A stretch of DNA of 64,000 nt from a virus. This document shows positions 20,848 to 30,690 of the stretch, one piece after another. Positions within the stretch are counted from its first letter, which is position 1. The number at the start of each line of letters is the position of its first letter. Under the pieces are notes generated by a model that was given only the letters and a program-made list of their open reading frames with translations, ran no database searches and had not been told where the DNA came from. A program made the translations under genes and the position numbers. The stretch lies in IMG/VR virus record IMGVR_UViG_3300023174_000003, positions 1 to 64,000 of that record. One strand, given 5' to 3'.

Positions 20848-20896
20848 TAGAAAAAAGAATTCTTTTCAACTATAGGGCACAGGATAAGGAGGGTCA

Positions 20897-21094
20897 AGTG
20901 CAGACTATCCGACTATACCCCTTTACTCTTCTTTATAAGATGCAAATGACAAAATGACTGCAAACTGTCATTAAGTGTGACTGAACTATTACTGGCTAGT
21001 CACATCCCAGTCACATTAGATGACACAATGCATTCATTCTGTCATTTGCGTCTTACTAAGTATAAAGCACCCCCAAAGTTGCATTCTCTGCACT
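20897..21094. repeat. long imperfect inverted repeat (core 20936-21055)
   Basis: TAAGATGCAAATGACAAAATGA ... TCATTCTGTCATTTGCGTCTTA with nested TGTCAT/ATGACA and GTGACTG/CAGTCAC; outer AGTGCAGA/TCTGCACT. Confidence 0.85.
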
Positions 21095-21168
21095 AGCACT
21101 TTAGTCTCACCATAAGACTTCTTGCTACCACTACTCTCTTTTGTTTTCTTTAATATTTCAACTCAAAT

Positions 21169-21194
21169 AAAAAAGCCCCTGCCGAAGCAGAGGC
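21169..21194 (-). terminator. intrinsic terminator after the glycosyltransferase gene
   Basis: GCCUCUGC-UUCG-GCAGGGGC followed by UUUUUU on minus strand. Confidence 0.9.
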
Positions 21195-21218
21195 CAGTAA
21201 CTTCCTCACACACCTACC

Positions 21219-22481
21219 TTACATAAAGCAGGCACCTGTGGGGCAGCTACCCACCTCTGGTTCATCTTCCATTACCTCGATGACGGGTGTCTCCACAGGC
21301 TTCAGCACCTCCTGGAACTCCTGGTGGAATTGCTCAGCAATGTTGTCCCAGTTGTACTGGTCGTCCGTAGCCCGCTCATAGCACTTATCAGCGACCTCCT
21401 TCAGCTTGTCCCGGTCGTAGTACAACTCATTCAGCAGGTCCGTCAGGTGGCTATCACTGGGGCAAGGCATCTCCCTTCCGTAGTTGGTATCCACATCTAC
21501 GTGGTCACACCTAATCAGTGGGGCAGCACCCTCAAAAATTTCCTTACATGACGTGTGATTTGGCACGATCTGTGCTACGCGACAGGCGGCATGCTCATGA
21601 GAAACAAGGCCATGGCCTTCTCCCTTACAAGTGTTGACACCTATATCGACCGCATTATAAATAGTATTCAAGAACTCAACTGCTACATTAGGTGGGTTAG
21701 GAGTATTACCCGTAAAAATAATTCGATTACTTGGGTCTATTCCACGCTTGCCCATCTCCCTGGCAAACAAAGGCAAAAGATCCCACCCCTGATCTTTTAA
21801 TCCCATGTGTAGATATAACCGTGCATCAGGTTTATCTATAGCAAAGTCTGCAAACGCAGAAATTGTAATGTCTTGCCGCTTGCGAAACTGATTCCTGTTC
21901 CCATTAAACACAATAAAAATGTCGTCAGCTAACCCAAGTTTCTTACGACAAGCCGCCTTATCCTTGGGATAGAACTGAGCCTTATCAATCCCATGAGGAA
22001 TAACAGAAATAGGCCGCTGGATCCCCCCTTGAATGGATTCGTTGGCACCAAATTCTGTATAACAGATGCATGCGTCCCAAGAGTTGGCTGTATCCCCTAG
22101 GGCTCCCAGCCACCCATAAGAATCCATTGGGTAGTACCCTACAAATTTAAAGTTTTTTTGTTCATGCAAATCAGCAATACGTTTATACAGTTCGTTTATA
22201 ATCCAAATATCATTCATTACAAATACAAGATCTGGCTTTTCTATCTCAACTGCTTCCTTAATACGGTCTACACCAAAAGGCTCAGGTTGATGTCGATTGC
22301 TGGAAGGATAAATTTTGTATTTATCTTGCAAAACATTTGGATCCCCCCAAAAATTATTTCCTAGCACCACAATTTCATACTTATCTGCAAGCCGTTGCAA
22401 CACATTTTCTGTCACACGGGCAAAACCCGTCATTGCAATAATATCCCCAGACCAAAGCAGCTTGGGCTTTTTGTCAGTCAT
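21219..22481 (-). CDS. GT-B (GT4-like) glycosyltransferase
   Basis: TGFARV, IPHGID, NRNQFRKRQD, YNAVDIGVNTCKGEGHGL..HEHAAC. Confidence 0.9.
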   Translation of the reverse strand: MTDKKPKLLWSGDIIAMTGFARVTENVLQRLADKYEIVVLGNNFWGDPNVLQDKYKIYPSSNRHQPEPFGVDRIKEAVEIEKPDLVFVMNDIWIINELYKRIADLHEQKNFKFVGYYPMDSYGWLGALGDTANSWDACICYTEFGANESIQGGIQRPISVIPHGIDKAQFYPKDKAACRKKLGLADDIFIVFNGNRNQFRKRQDITISAFADFAIDKPDARLYLHMGLKDQGWDLLPLFAREMGKRGIDPSNRIIFTGNTPNPPNVAVEFLNTIYNAVDIGVNTCKGEGHGLVSHEHAACRVAQIVPNHTSCKEIFEGAAPLIRCDHVDVDTNYGREMPCPSDSHLTDLLNELYYDRDKLKEVADKCYERATDDQYNWDNIAEQFHQEFQEVLKPVETPVIEVMEDEPEVGSCPTGACFM

Positions 22482-22525
22482 TTAATTGATTAGTTAACAC
22501 TCTTGAAATATAGCAGAAATAAAGA

Positions 22526-22900
22526 CTAGCTAAATACGCACACTTCTCTTTTTGCCGCAGAAGCTCGTGTTAATGCCTTTTTATCTACTTGAGTTGCACC
22601 TAGTTCTTCAATCAAAAAGTCAGCGGCCTTCTGGGTATTAGTTGAATCTACGTTGCAGGTATAAAGATCAATTGCTGCATACCCCAGCTCTGGCCACGTA
22701 TGAATAGAGGAATGACTCTCAGACAACAATGCCAATATCGTCACCCCCTGGGGCAAAAACCGTTCACCAATAATACGGAGCACATTAGCCCCAGCTAGAC
22801 ACAAAGCTTTTTCTAGCAGCACACTCAACTGGTCATAATCATCCAAGATCTTTGGATCACAACCGTCCAGATCTAGGATTAAGTGCTGCCCTTGCTTCAT
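22526..22900 (-). CDS. speD: S-adenosylmethionine decarboxylase proenzyme (pyruvoyl type)
   Basis: GQHLILDL, F.PQGVT..LLSESHSSIHTWPE.GYAAIDLYTC. Confidence 0.92.
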   Translation of the reverse strand: MKQGQHLILDLDGCDPKILDDYDQLSVLLEKALCLAGANVLRIIGERFLPQGVTILALLSESHSSIHTWPELGYAAIDLYTCNVDSTNTQKAADFLIEELGATQVDKKALTRASAAKREVCVFS

Positions 22901-25551
22901 TCGTCTGTTGTATTTTCATCTTCTATTTTATTATTACTCTCCTTAGAATCTAATATTTCTCCATAGAATTCCTTAAACTTTTCTTTGTCCGCCGATACCT
23001 CCACAATTGATGGATATTTCTCAAATCCTGGGCCACTATCCCTGAGTGCCACATTGAATACAATCAGACCCCTTGAAGTCCTCTTGTAGAAAATATTCAT
23101 CTTCAATTGATGCTGGCAAATGTCCAAGAACAAGGGTTCAAACCTGTTCCTAGACATAATATTTACATTGGACAGCTTACAGAATTCACAATAACTGGCA
23201 TATAACCACTTATCCCAGAACACATAAGATCCACTACCACCAGGGGCCGCATGCTTAGCAAAGCCCACGGAACACTTCTCACCTGGTACATAACACAACT
23301 TATGTTCCATCCAATCCAACATGGGGCTAGACCTTAGACTTTGCGTCTTTTCATACTCCTTAAAGTACTTAACCTTATCTCCTGTCCTCATCAGGTATTC
23401 ACGCATTTCTTCTGTTGTTAGGTCCAATAACCAGTTCACCAACCCAGGCAACAAAGCAGCAAATTCCCCTTGTGGTTCACCCTTGGAATCAAACTTGATC
23501 AACTCTCGTTGCTGCCCTGGGCCACCTTCAAAAGGTCTGTCAAATGGAATAGTAAGGCGACGACGGGCAAGACCTGAGGTGTAGTCCGTTGATTGGATCG
23601 CCTCATTTGCCGTAATCATTACCAGACCATGGAATTGAAATGGCTCTGGATTCTCGCTTTGATACTTACGTTCAACCCGAATCCAGTCACCGCCAGTAAT
23701 TGCCTTCAATTTGGAAACACTACCACCCCACCTATCCATATCTTGGAATAACAGTAGTTTCTTACTCATAAAAGCAATAGTCTCAAACCTATTAGTCTCT
23801 AGATTATTAAAGTCAGTACTATAGGTATTCTGCTTACCAACCAAGGCCACAGCTAGGTTTGCGTAGGTACTCTTCCCACTCTTACCTGGTCCAATAATTT
23901 CAACAAATTTCTGCATGTCGTGGCATCCCAGAAGTACGGCCCGCAGCCAAGCCCTTAGTACCTGCACCCGCTCCCAGTCATTACGTTGTGTAAATTTTAA
24001 CCATTTAATAATGCCATCACATGTAGCTGATGGGTCATAGGCATAAGGCATACGTTGTGTGAGATATAATTTTCTGTCAAAAGGTAACAATTCTTTTGTT
24101 TCTATATTTAATACGCCATTTGCAAATAGCAAATAGTTAGTACCTTCGTACCACTTATTAAAACTCACAGCAGCTTGCAGCTGCATGAATAAGTCATTCA
24201 TTAGGTTGGCACTAAACCCATTGGGTAAATTTAAATTTTCCAATCGATGTCTAATACCACCCATCATCTCCACCTTAGTCAACGGAGACCAAAGTCCTTT
24301 ATGTTCTAGCTCGTAGAAATAAAATTGTCCGTGAGGTTGACTGTACCTTAAGTCCCCTTTGTATACCTGTAGTAATAAATCAGCAATTTCGTTTGCAGGT
24401 TGGTTGCGTTTACGTTGTTCTTTACCTTTACCTTCTACTGGTGCTTTCACTTGCTTAGCTTTAGCAGGTGGCAAGTTACCAGTCATAGCAAGGCTTTTGG
24501 ATTGCATACTATGCTCATTAGGCATGGCATTGATACCTAGATCATTTTCTAAATCAGCTAGTAGTACTGCAACTGCATCAAGCGTTTGATCATCTACGTT
24601 CATTGCTTTGTGTTCCTTGTGTTCTTGAGGAGGCTTCCAACCATGTTCCTGAGCAATATGAATAAGACTACCGACACCACGACCACCACTTTTACTAAAA
24701 GATTTCCACCTACGAAGACATTCACCTTCCTTATATTTGTCACTTTGTTTTGACCATTCATCCCATTCATCCAACAATGATTCGTCTAATGTGTGCAAAC
24801 TCTGACCAATGGTTATCCAAATGTCATAGTCATCAGCAGCATCTGGGGGCAAAGCTTTCATTGCTTCTAGTGCTAGCTTCATATCCCTCTCAAGAGATAT
24901 TTCAGTATTAATAGCAAATCCCTGGCCCACAAAACGACTATATTCTGTAGCCGGTTTGCCTTGCCTTACATTCTTATTAATAATGCTATGTATTAACCAT
25001 TTAGGTAACTCAGGTAATTTATTTGCCCACTCAAATCCTTCTCCTTTTGCCGTAAAATATCCCTCCGTCTCTGGATGTAAACCCATCAAAGCTCCTTGGT
25101 GTTTAGTCCAAAGAACTTCGAGTTGTTCACGGTTTGTTTCAGCATGCCAAACATATTTATTTCTTAAGAAATATTTCCAATTTTCTTTACGCACTTGATA
25201 TAACTTACGTGATCTACCTTCTTTACCACTGCAAATTGTTAGTGTTTTAGGTAAAGCTTCTTCTAAAGGAACTCCTGCAATTTCAACAACAAGTTGATCA
25301 ACACTTGCACCGTCAATGTCTACCCATACCAATCCATAAGGATTATTAAAAACAGGACCAGCCATTAAGCCAATAGCTTTACAGTTGTCTTCTACAAATT
25401 CTTTTTCAATTTCTGTGACGCCCAACGGTTTGTTTTGCCACGCCAAAAGATAAGGATCTTTTTTGGCGCCTAGCGGGGTAAGAGGCCAATCAAGTGGGAT
25501 GTAACTTAACCGAATTTCACCCGGTTTTAATGCTTTGGATTCATCCGTCAT
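22897..25551 (-). CDS. primase-helicase (Prim-Pol/AEP + PriCT-2 + D5-type SF3 helicase)
   Basis: VWVDIDG; DYDIWITIGQSLH...WDEWS; Walker A GPGKSGKST; LKAITGGD. Confidence 0.92.
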   Translation of the reverse strand: MTDESKALKPGEIRLSYIPLDWPLTPLGAKKDPYLLAWQNKPLGVTEIEKEFVEDNCKAIGLMAGPVFNNPYGLVWVDIDGASVDQLVVEIAGVPLEEALPKTLTICSGKEGRSRKLYQVRKENWKYFLRNKYVWHAETNREQLEVLWTKHQGALMGLHPETEGYFTAKGEGFEWANKLPELPKWLIHSIINKNVRQGKPATEYSRFVGQGFAINTEISLERDMKLALEAMKALPPDAADDYDIWITIGQSLHTLDESLLDEWDEWSKQSDKYKEGECLRRWKSFSKSGGRGVGSLIHIAQEHGWKPPQEHKEHKAMNVDDQTLDAVAVLLADLENDLGINAMPNEHSMQSKSLAMTGNLPPAKAKQVKAPVEGKGKEQRKRNQPANEIADLLLQVYKGDLRYSQPHGQFYFYELEHKGLWSPLTKVEMMGGIRHRLENLNLPNGFSANLMNDLFMQLQAAVSFNKWYEGTNYLLFANGVLNIETKELLPFDRKLYLTQRMPYAYDPSATCDGIIKWLKFTQRNDWERVQVLRAWLRAVLLGCHDMQKFVEIIGPGKSGKSTYANLAVALVGKQNTYSTDFNNLETNRFETIAFMSKKLLLFQDMDRWGGSVSKLKAITGGDWIRVERKYQSENPEPFQFHGLVMITANEAIQSTDYTSGLARRRLTIPFDRPFEGGPGQQRELIKFDSKGEPQGEFAALLPGLVNWLLDLTTEEMREYLMRTGDKVKYFKEYEKTQSLRSSPMLDWMEHKLCYVPGEKCSVGFAKHAAPGGSGSYVFWDKWLYASYCEFCKLSNVNIMSRNRFEPLFLDICQHQLKMNIFYKRTSRGLIVFNVALRDSGPGFEKYPSIVEVSADKEKFKEFYGEILDSKESNNKIEDENTTDE

Positions 25552-25739
25552 TTGATGGTAGCCCCTTCTGTCAGTCTAAATTCAAAAGGTTTTTCAGGGA
25601 ACAGATCTTTTTTAACAATTAAGAAAGCATGAACATGAGCCGTGGAGGGAAGGTGGAAACATAATGGAATATCAGCATTCTCTGACATAGTCCTAGCAAG
25701 GTATTCGATCCAGTGCCCAGTACTCACATGAACATCCAT
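25548..25739 (-). CDS. hypothetical protein
   Basis: ORF coupled to primase start. Confidence 0.5.
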   Translation of the reverse strand: MDVHVSTGHWIEYLARTMSENADIPLCFHLPSTAHVHAFLIVKKDLFPEKPFEFRLTEGATIK

Positions 25740-25800
25740 TGGTCCAGAGCAGCGTCCTCCATTCTACCGCTGATCTCTCACCCTAAACGCTAAGAACAGT

Positions 25801-26643
25801 TTAAACCAAGTCCGGATCGTAGACCCCGCACCTTTCAATTTGTGAATAATATTCTGCCACCAGTGCATACCAGTCTTCCCTCAAGCTATCCAAAAACCTT
25901 CTAGATATCTTGAATACTTGTGTACGTACGGGTGTCGATACCAAAATTGCAGCCTGCTGGACCTTCATCCCAAGAGTCTGTTCAATGCCTAGGTCGTAAG
26001 CTGCGAGCTGCTTCAACGTTTTTTTAAATTTCATGTTGCCACCTAAGAGGTCTCGCCATTCTTGCGACCCTTTTTCCACATCCTTAGGCCAATTCCGACT
26101 ATAGGGTTTAACGCTGGTCTTTAGGTCAGCTAGCGTCAGTTTTCCGCCGACCACCCCAATTAGGTCAGGAGATCCAGCCCATGCCCGATCCTCGTGGTCC
26201 TTACCCCATACCCTGCCTACCCCATCTGCTGATAAAGCGAAATGATGTTTTTCTAACAGGGGAGTTTCCGCCCAGAGTATTTCGTCAAACTGATCCAAAA
26301 TCTTGGGCATTCCCTCCCAATATTCCTTGTATTCCTCAGGTATCTCGACAGGTAATTTTTTGCAGTACGACTCCATCCCGGCGTGAATACAAGTGCCGCG
26401 TTCTGCAGCAGCCTCCTTCACCCCTGGATTATTCTTGGACCACATCTCCAATTTTTTCTTATTAGCTTCCGATGCAGTCTCAGAAAGTATTGTTGTTACC
26501 GAAGGCGCTGGTCCTGTATAGAACGGAGTGTTGTAATGGCGCTTGCCGTTGATTGTAACCCTGGAGGGCAGTTGATTTAACTGCGCGTAATCCGCACTAT
26601 AATCGGAATTAATCCGTTTTTCCCTGCTTGGTGAGACAGACAT
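25801..26643 (-). CDS. PD-(D/E)xK exonuclease
   Basis: PSVTTIL, ERGT.IH, AGSPD, LADLKTS, QLAAY. Confidence 0.88.
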   Translation of the reverse strand: MSVSPSREKRINSDYSADYAQLNQLPSRVTINGKRHYNTPFYTGPAPSVTTILSETASEANKKKLEMWSKNNPGVKEAAAERGTCIHAGMESYCKKLPVEIPEEYKEYWEGMPKILDQFDEILWAETPLLEKHHFALSADGVGRVWGKDHEDRAWAGSPDLIGVVGGKLTLADLKTSVKPYSRNWPKDVEKGSQEWRDLLGGNMKFKKTLKQLAAYDLGIEQTLGMKVQQAAILVSTPVRTQVFKISRRFLDSLREDWYALVAEYYSQIERCGVYDPDLV

Positions 26644-26814
26644 TACAGGGTTTAAACTTATATTAAATATAGTCTACACCTAGTGTTTCCATGGATCTAA
26701 TCAATATCTTAATAATGTTTTTATTATTGGACTTGGTTGTTATTACTGCCATTCTTGCTGTTCTTTATCCTGGTTGAAGTACAATCTACGTATACCTACC
26801 GACCAAATTTTCTC

Positions 26815-26961
26815 ATGGGCTGCGGCATTTCTCGATTTTATATCTGTACTGATCGAGAGGAAAATGAAGGGTACGTAATTGATTTAGTCACCGAGGATGC
26901 AGAAGAATATGAAGAAAAGCTTAAGGCAGAAGATGCTGACTACCTGCGTGTAGACCAATGA
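26815..26961 (+). CDS. small acidic hypothetical protein
   Basis: ATG-start subset of tracked ORF; ATGA overlap with the next gene. Confidence 0.5.
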   Translation: MGCGISRFYICTDREENEGYVIDLVTEDAEEYEEKLKAEDADYLRVDQ

Positions 26962-27692
26962 GCAAACTTCCTGTCATCGCAGTTCCCGTCATGGTTGACG
27001 GTGAAAAACTCATCCGCCACTTCAAAACTGTTGACGTACCCCTACGTAGGTATTTCATCTTAGATAACTCCATGGGCAGAGACCCCTCCGTAGATGAGGC
27101 CATCAAAGAAATCCTGGACACAAAACCTGACCATATTGATGAGGTAGCAATCTGCTCGGTCTACCAAAACACTGGCTTCCCTGGGGCAGTCAACCTAACC
27201 ATCCGTCAAAATACCGACTGTGATTACTGGGTCATCAGTGGATTTGACTGGTGGCCAGCCCCTGGTGAATGGCAAAAAATTCTTAATCACATCGGTGGCC
27301 TACCCCATGGAGCAACCCTGGGACTAGGGAATGATGAGATGTGCGGCATGGTAATAACCCATGACCTCCTGCAGCGCGTAGGGTACTTTGACGAGAACTT
27401 CTTTCCCGGATACTTTGAAGATAATGATTACCGTTATCGCCTAAAACTTACCAACACAAAGATTGGTTCTATACCTTTAGCCAGTGAACATGCCACTAGT
27501 AGTACACTGAATAGTGCAGAATCATTCCAAAAAAAGAACTCTGTTTCATTCCAAGAGAATTACAACTATTATGTAAGGAAGTGGGGTGGACCTCCTAGCC
27601 GAGAAACTTATGTTACGCCGTTTAACCAAAATGTTCCAGTCGATTACTGGAGATACAACCCAGCTCGGACCCAAGCCCTTCGTTGGGCCTGA
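26958..27692 (+). CDS. GT-A (GT2-like) glycosyltransferase
   Basis: ILDNS, N.GF.GAVN, VGYFDENFFPGYFEDNDY.YR. Confidence 0.85.
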   Translation: MSKLPVIAVPVMVDGEKLIRHFKTVDVPLRRYFILDNSMGRDPSVDEAIKEILDTKPDHIDEVAICSVYQNTGFPGAVNLTIRQNTDCDYWVISGFDWWPAPGEWQKILNHIGGLPHGATLGLGNDEMCGMVITHDLLQRVGYFDENFFPGYFEDNDYRYRLKLTNTKIGSIPLASEHATSSTLNSAESFQKKNSVSFQENYNYYVRKWGGPPSRETYVTPFNQNVPVDYWRYNPARTQALRWA

Positions 27693-28854
27693 GGAGGTCT
27701 TACTTGATCTGGGCTTACAGCCCCTAGTCAATAACCTCTGCACTACCAAAGATGAGTCGTTGTCTATTGAGAAGTACAAACTCAGAGCAACTATTGATAA
27801 GGACCTAGTAATCAAACTGGATACTACAGTCCCATCAGATAAACTGTATAAGAATTACTTATATTACTCAGGGGTTAACAAGCCGTACATTAACCACTGC
27901 CGCCTTCTTTGGCACGAGCTTAAACACCTCAAGCATGACACCATTATTGACATTGGTGGTAACGATGGCACTCTCCTTAAAGTTTTCCAAGGACAAACTA
28001 ATGACAAGCTACGTTTAATTAATGTAGATGCCAGTGAGTCTTTTAAAGAAGATAACTATCTTTCCAACATTGAATATGTCAATGCATATTTTAATAAAAA
28101 TTTAGATCTGCCCAAGGCAGACATGATTATTTCTACTAATGTATTGCAGCATACGCCTGACGTACACAGGTTTGTAGAAGGTATTAAACAACATCTGGAC
28201 GGCGTCTGGATCCTGGAATTTCCATATACCCTAAATACAATTAAAACTTTGCAATTCGACCAGTTTTACCATGAGCATTACTACTACTGGCTAGTCACGC
28301 CCCTTGAAAAAATCTTTAAAGAGTATGGCCTTACCATTTTTCATGCCCAAGAAAAACCTATTCATGGCGGAACAATGCGCCTATGGATTACCAATAAGAC
28401 TACCTACGCTGGTACTAATGCCCATCTTAGGTACATAGAAAAAGAAAAGGAATTTGACTATAGCCAGTATTGCTCCAAGGTAAATGTCAAGATCCTTAGA
28501 GACACAGTCTTCCTCAATAACCTGGAAGGCACCACTGCTTACTTTGGTGCAGCAGCAAAAGGTTGTGTGTACCTCAACGCTTTAGGCGTCAGTACTGCAA
28601 CAGATTCCAATGCATATGTTGTTGATGATACCGAGGCTAAGCAAGGATTATATGTCCCTGGCACCGGGATGCAAATCTTAAATCGCAATTATCTATACAA
28701 AAACAAACCTGATAATCTCATTATTCTTGCTCATAACTACAGAGATTATCTCATTCAGGACCTACGGTCCCACTATGAAGGTCGAATCATCACAATGCTA
28801 CCGTCCATTGAGATTGACATGTATGATGACAACAGGTCTTACTTTCAACAATGA
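27586..28854 (+). CDS. NDP-sugar C-methyltransferase-like SAM methyltransferase; start uncertain (ATG 27631 plausible)
   Basis: LDLGLQPL.N, IDIGGNDGTLL, QFDQFYHEH, HGGTMR, FGAAAKG, KQGLYVPG. Confidence 0.85.
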   Translation: MDLLAEKLMLRRLTKMFQSITGDTTQLGPKPFVGPEEVLLDLGLQPLVNNLCTTKDESLSIEKYKLRATIDKDLVIKLDTTVPSDKLYKNYLYYSGVNKPYINHCRLLWHELKHLKHDTIIDIGGNDGTLLKVFQGQTNDKLRLINVDASESFKEDNYLSNIEYVNAYFNKNLDLPKADMIISTNVLQHTPDVHRFVEGIKQHLDGVWILEFPYTLNTIKTLQFDQFYHEHYYYWLVTPLEKIFKEYGLTIFHAQEKPIHGGTMRLWITNKTTYAGTNAHLRYIEKEKEFDYSQYCSKVNVKILRDTVFLNNLEGTTAYFGAAAKGCVYLNALGVSTATDSNAYVVDDTEAKQGLYVPGTGMQILNRNYLYKNKPDNLIILAHNYRDYLIQDLRSHYEGRIITMLPSIEIDMYDDNRSYFQQ

Positions 28855-29504
28855 ACCAACTCTGGCACATCCCCTCACAAGAGATTAATGCAATCCTTAA
28901 TAAGCATGAGGTCAATGGGTTTGAAGCCGTTGGTGGCACCGATAAAAATACCATTCATAACTATACCGGAATCTATCAGCATGTCTTGCAACCTTACCGC
29001 AAGCTCCCTGGTACCCTACTGGAGTTAGGTGTACAACACGGCGGATCTTCTTTGCTGTGGCATGACTATCTTCCCAACTTCCAACTACACCTGGTAGACA
29101 TTACCAACATTGCTCCCAGTAAAATCTGGGATAGCATGAATGCAGATCGTTATACTTTCTACAATATTGATGGGTATACCGATACAACAGTACAGAAGTT
29201 TAAAGAAGAAGTACCTGATGGGTTTGATGTCATTATTGATGATGGTCCCCATACCCTACAGAGTCAAATCTTTGCTGTTAACTCTTACTTCCCAATGCTC
29301 AAGCCTGGTGGCATCTTGATTATTGAAGACATACAAGACAGTAATCATCTGGACATTCTTACTGATTGCCTGGATGATCGATGCTTTGATGATGTACGTA
29401 CATTTGACGTACGTCGTACTAAGGGTCGATATGACGATTTAATCTGGACGGTTACCAAACCTGATACTGTCGGTTCTCCGATCCAAGGGTGTCTGCTCAA
29501 CTGA
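28851..29504 (+). CDS. class I SAM-dependent methyltransferase
   Basis: TDK...HNY, LLELGVQHGGS, FDVIIDDGPH, LKPGGILIIEDI. Confidence 0.88.
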   Translation: MNQLWHIPSQEINAILNKHEVNGFEAVGGTDKNTIHNYTGIYQHVLQPYRKLPGTLLELGVQHGGSSLLWHDYLPNFQLHLVDITNIAPSKIWDSMNADRYTFYNIDGYTDTTVQKFKEEVPDGFDVIIDDGPHTLQSQIFAVNSYFPMLKPGGILIIEDIQDSNHLDILTDCLDDRCFDDVRTFDVRRTKGRYDDLIWTVTKPDTVGSPIQGCLLN

Positions 29505-29585
29505 CATCCTTTGTGTCATACTATTGATACCAGCAATTGTTTCATGTACATCTACCCTATACTTAGAAAACCCAAGGCATCTGAA

Positions 29586-29786
29586 ATGGCACTATCAAAA
29601 CAAGTCAAAGATTCAGTACAAGAAGCAGGCGCCAGCTTGCGTAATGCACTAGCCTTTGCTGCCCGTGGGGAACACCCCATTATTATTCAGGGCTTGGCTG
29701 AGATTCTAATGAAGCTTGACGCCCTAGAAACCATTGATGAATTCATGGCTAAGATGGGTGACCACAAGATGTGCGGACCCTTTTGA
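29586..29786 (+). CDS. small cyanophage-type hypothetical protein
   Basis: MALSKQV..S..EA..SLRNALAFAAR.E.P. Confidence 0.6.
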   Translation: MALSKQVKDSVQEAGASLRNALAFAARGEHPIIIQGLAEILMKLDALETIDEFMAKMGDHKMCGPF

Positions 29787-29793
29787 TACCTAG

Positions 29794-29994
29794 TTATTTT
29801 TTCTTAGGTGTCCTTGCTTTCTTGCTAGCTTTTTTAGCTGCTTCTGTGTTGGGTACAAATTGCTTGTTTTGTTTGCTACCAGCTTTCTTCTTGGCATCTG
29901 TCTTGGCACGTTCCTCTTTTGAAAGAGAAGCCCACGCCTTCTCTGGTAGATAACGCTTAGTACCGTCTGGTGTAATTGCTTTATCAGCTGTCAT
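29794..29994 (-). CDS. basic protein, C-terminal-half homologue of the DUF5872-like family
   Basis: GTKRYLPEKAW..LS.EE...TD.KK..GS....QFVPNT. Confidence 0.6.
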   Translation of the reverse strand: MTADKAITPDGTKRYLPEKAWASLSKEERAKTDAKKKAGSKQNKQFVPNTEAAKKASKKARTPKKK

Positions 29995-29995
29995 T

Positions 29996-30196
29996 TTAGT
30001 TTCTTGGGATAACACTAAGGATTGTTTGTTTGACTTCAGGAGAGTAATTGCTATTGGCTAAGTCTTCAACACGAAAAGGGTATTGATATGTTAAAAAAGC
30101 ATCTCTTAATTCTGGGTTGCTTGTTTGGCTTGCTAGTTTATGCATTAAACTTTGACTTGGAAAAGCGTTAGGAATATACTTACCTGCTAATTCCAT
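29996..30196 (-). CDS. small protein, MELAGKY N-terminus
   Basis: ORF track. Confidence 0.6.
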   Translation of the reverse strand: MELAGKYIPNAFPSQSLMHKLASQTSNPELRDAFLTYQYPFRVEDLANSNYSPEVKQTILSVIPRN

Positions 30197-30199
30197 TAC

Positions 30200-30397
30200 T
30201 TACTTTCCTTGTTTAATGTATGCATCAACTACTGTAGCTGGATCAACATTTAAAGCCATAGCTGCCGGAATAATACGAGCTACCATTTCACTTTCAATAT
30301 CACCTCCTGCTAGCTGTCTTGAATCTTTCTGCATATAATTTTTTGCTAATGCAATGACATTATTAAAAGATGTTGCATATTTACCAGCTAATTCCAT
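30200..30397 (-). CDS. small protein, MELAGKY N-terminus
   Basis: ORF track. Confidence 0.6.
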   Translation of the reverse strand: MELAGKYATSFNNVIALAKNYMQKDSRQLAGGDIESEMVARIIPAAMALNVDPATVVDAYIKQGK

Positions 30398-30681
30398 TAC
30401 TTACTCTCCTTGTATTTTTTAGCCGCAGCTTTAGCTTTACCACGTTTTTCATATTCATCTTTTGTTTGCCACTTTTCCTTACCCCATTTCTCTAGTGATT
30501 TTTGCCTAGAGTCTTTACCGCCTTGGTACCCACCACCAGCCTTTTCATATTCTTGCACAAGAAGTTGAGACTTTCTAGCGCTCCATTGACCGGGCTTACC
30601 TCCCTTGTCACCAGCCATTATACGATCTTTAATACGTTCACGTAACTCAGGCTTAGTATATTTGTTAGTATCTTGTGACAT
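30397..30681 (-). CDS. DUF5872-like basic protein (N-terminal half)
   Basis: YTKPELRERIK..I.AGDKGGKPGQWSARK.QL...EYEKAGGGY. Confidence 0.7.
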   Translation of the reverse strand: MSQDTNKYTKPELRERIKDRIMAGDKGGKPGQWSARKSQLLVQEYEKAGGGYQGGKDSRQKSLEKWGKEKWQTKDEYEKRGKAKAAAKKYKESK

Positions 30682-30690
30682 AATTATTTA

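Noticed and set aside
25801-26643. Cas4
   Set aside because: Lacks the four-Cys Fe-S cluster pattern; a generic PD-(D/E)xK phage exonuclease
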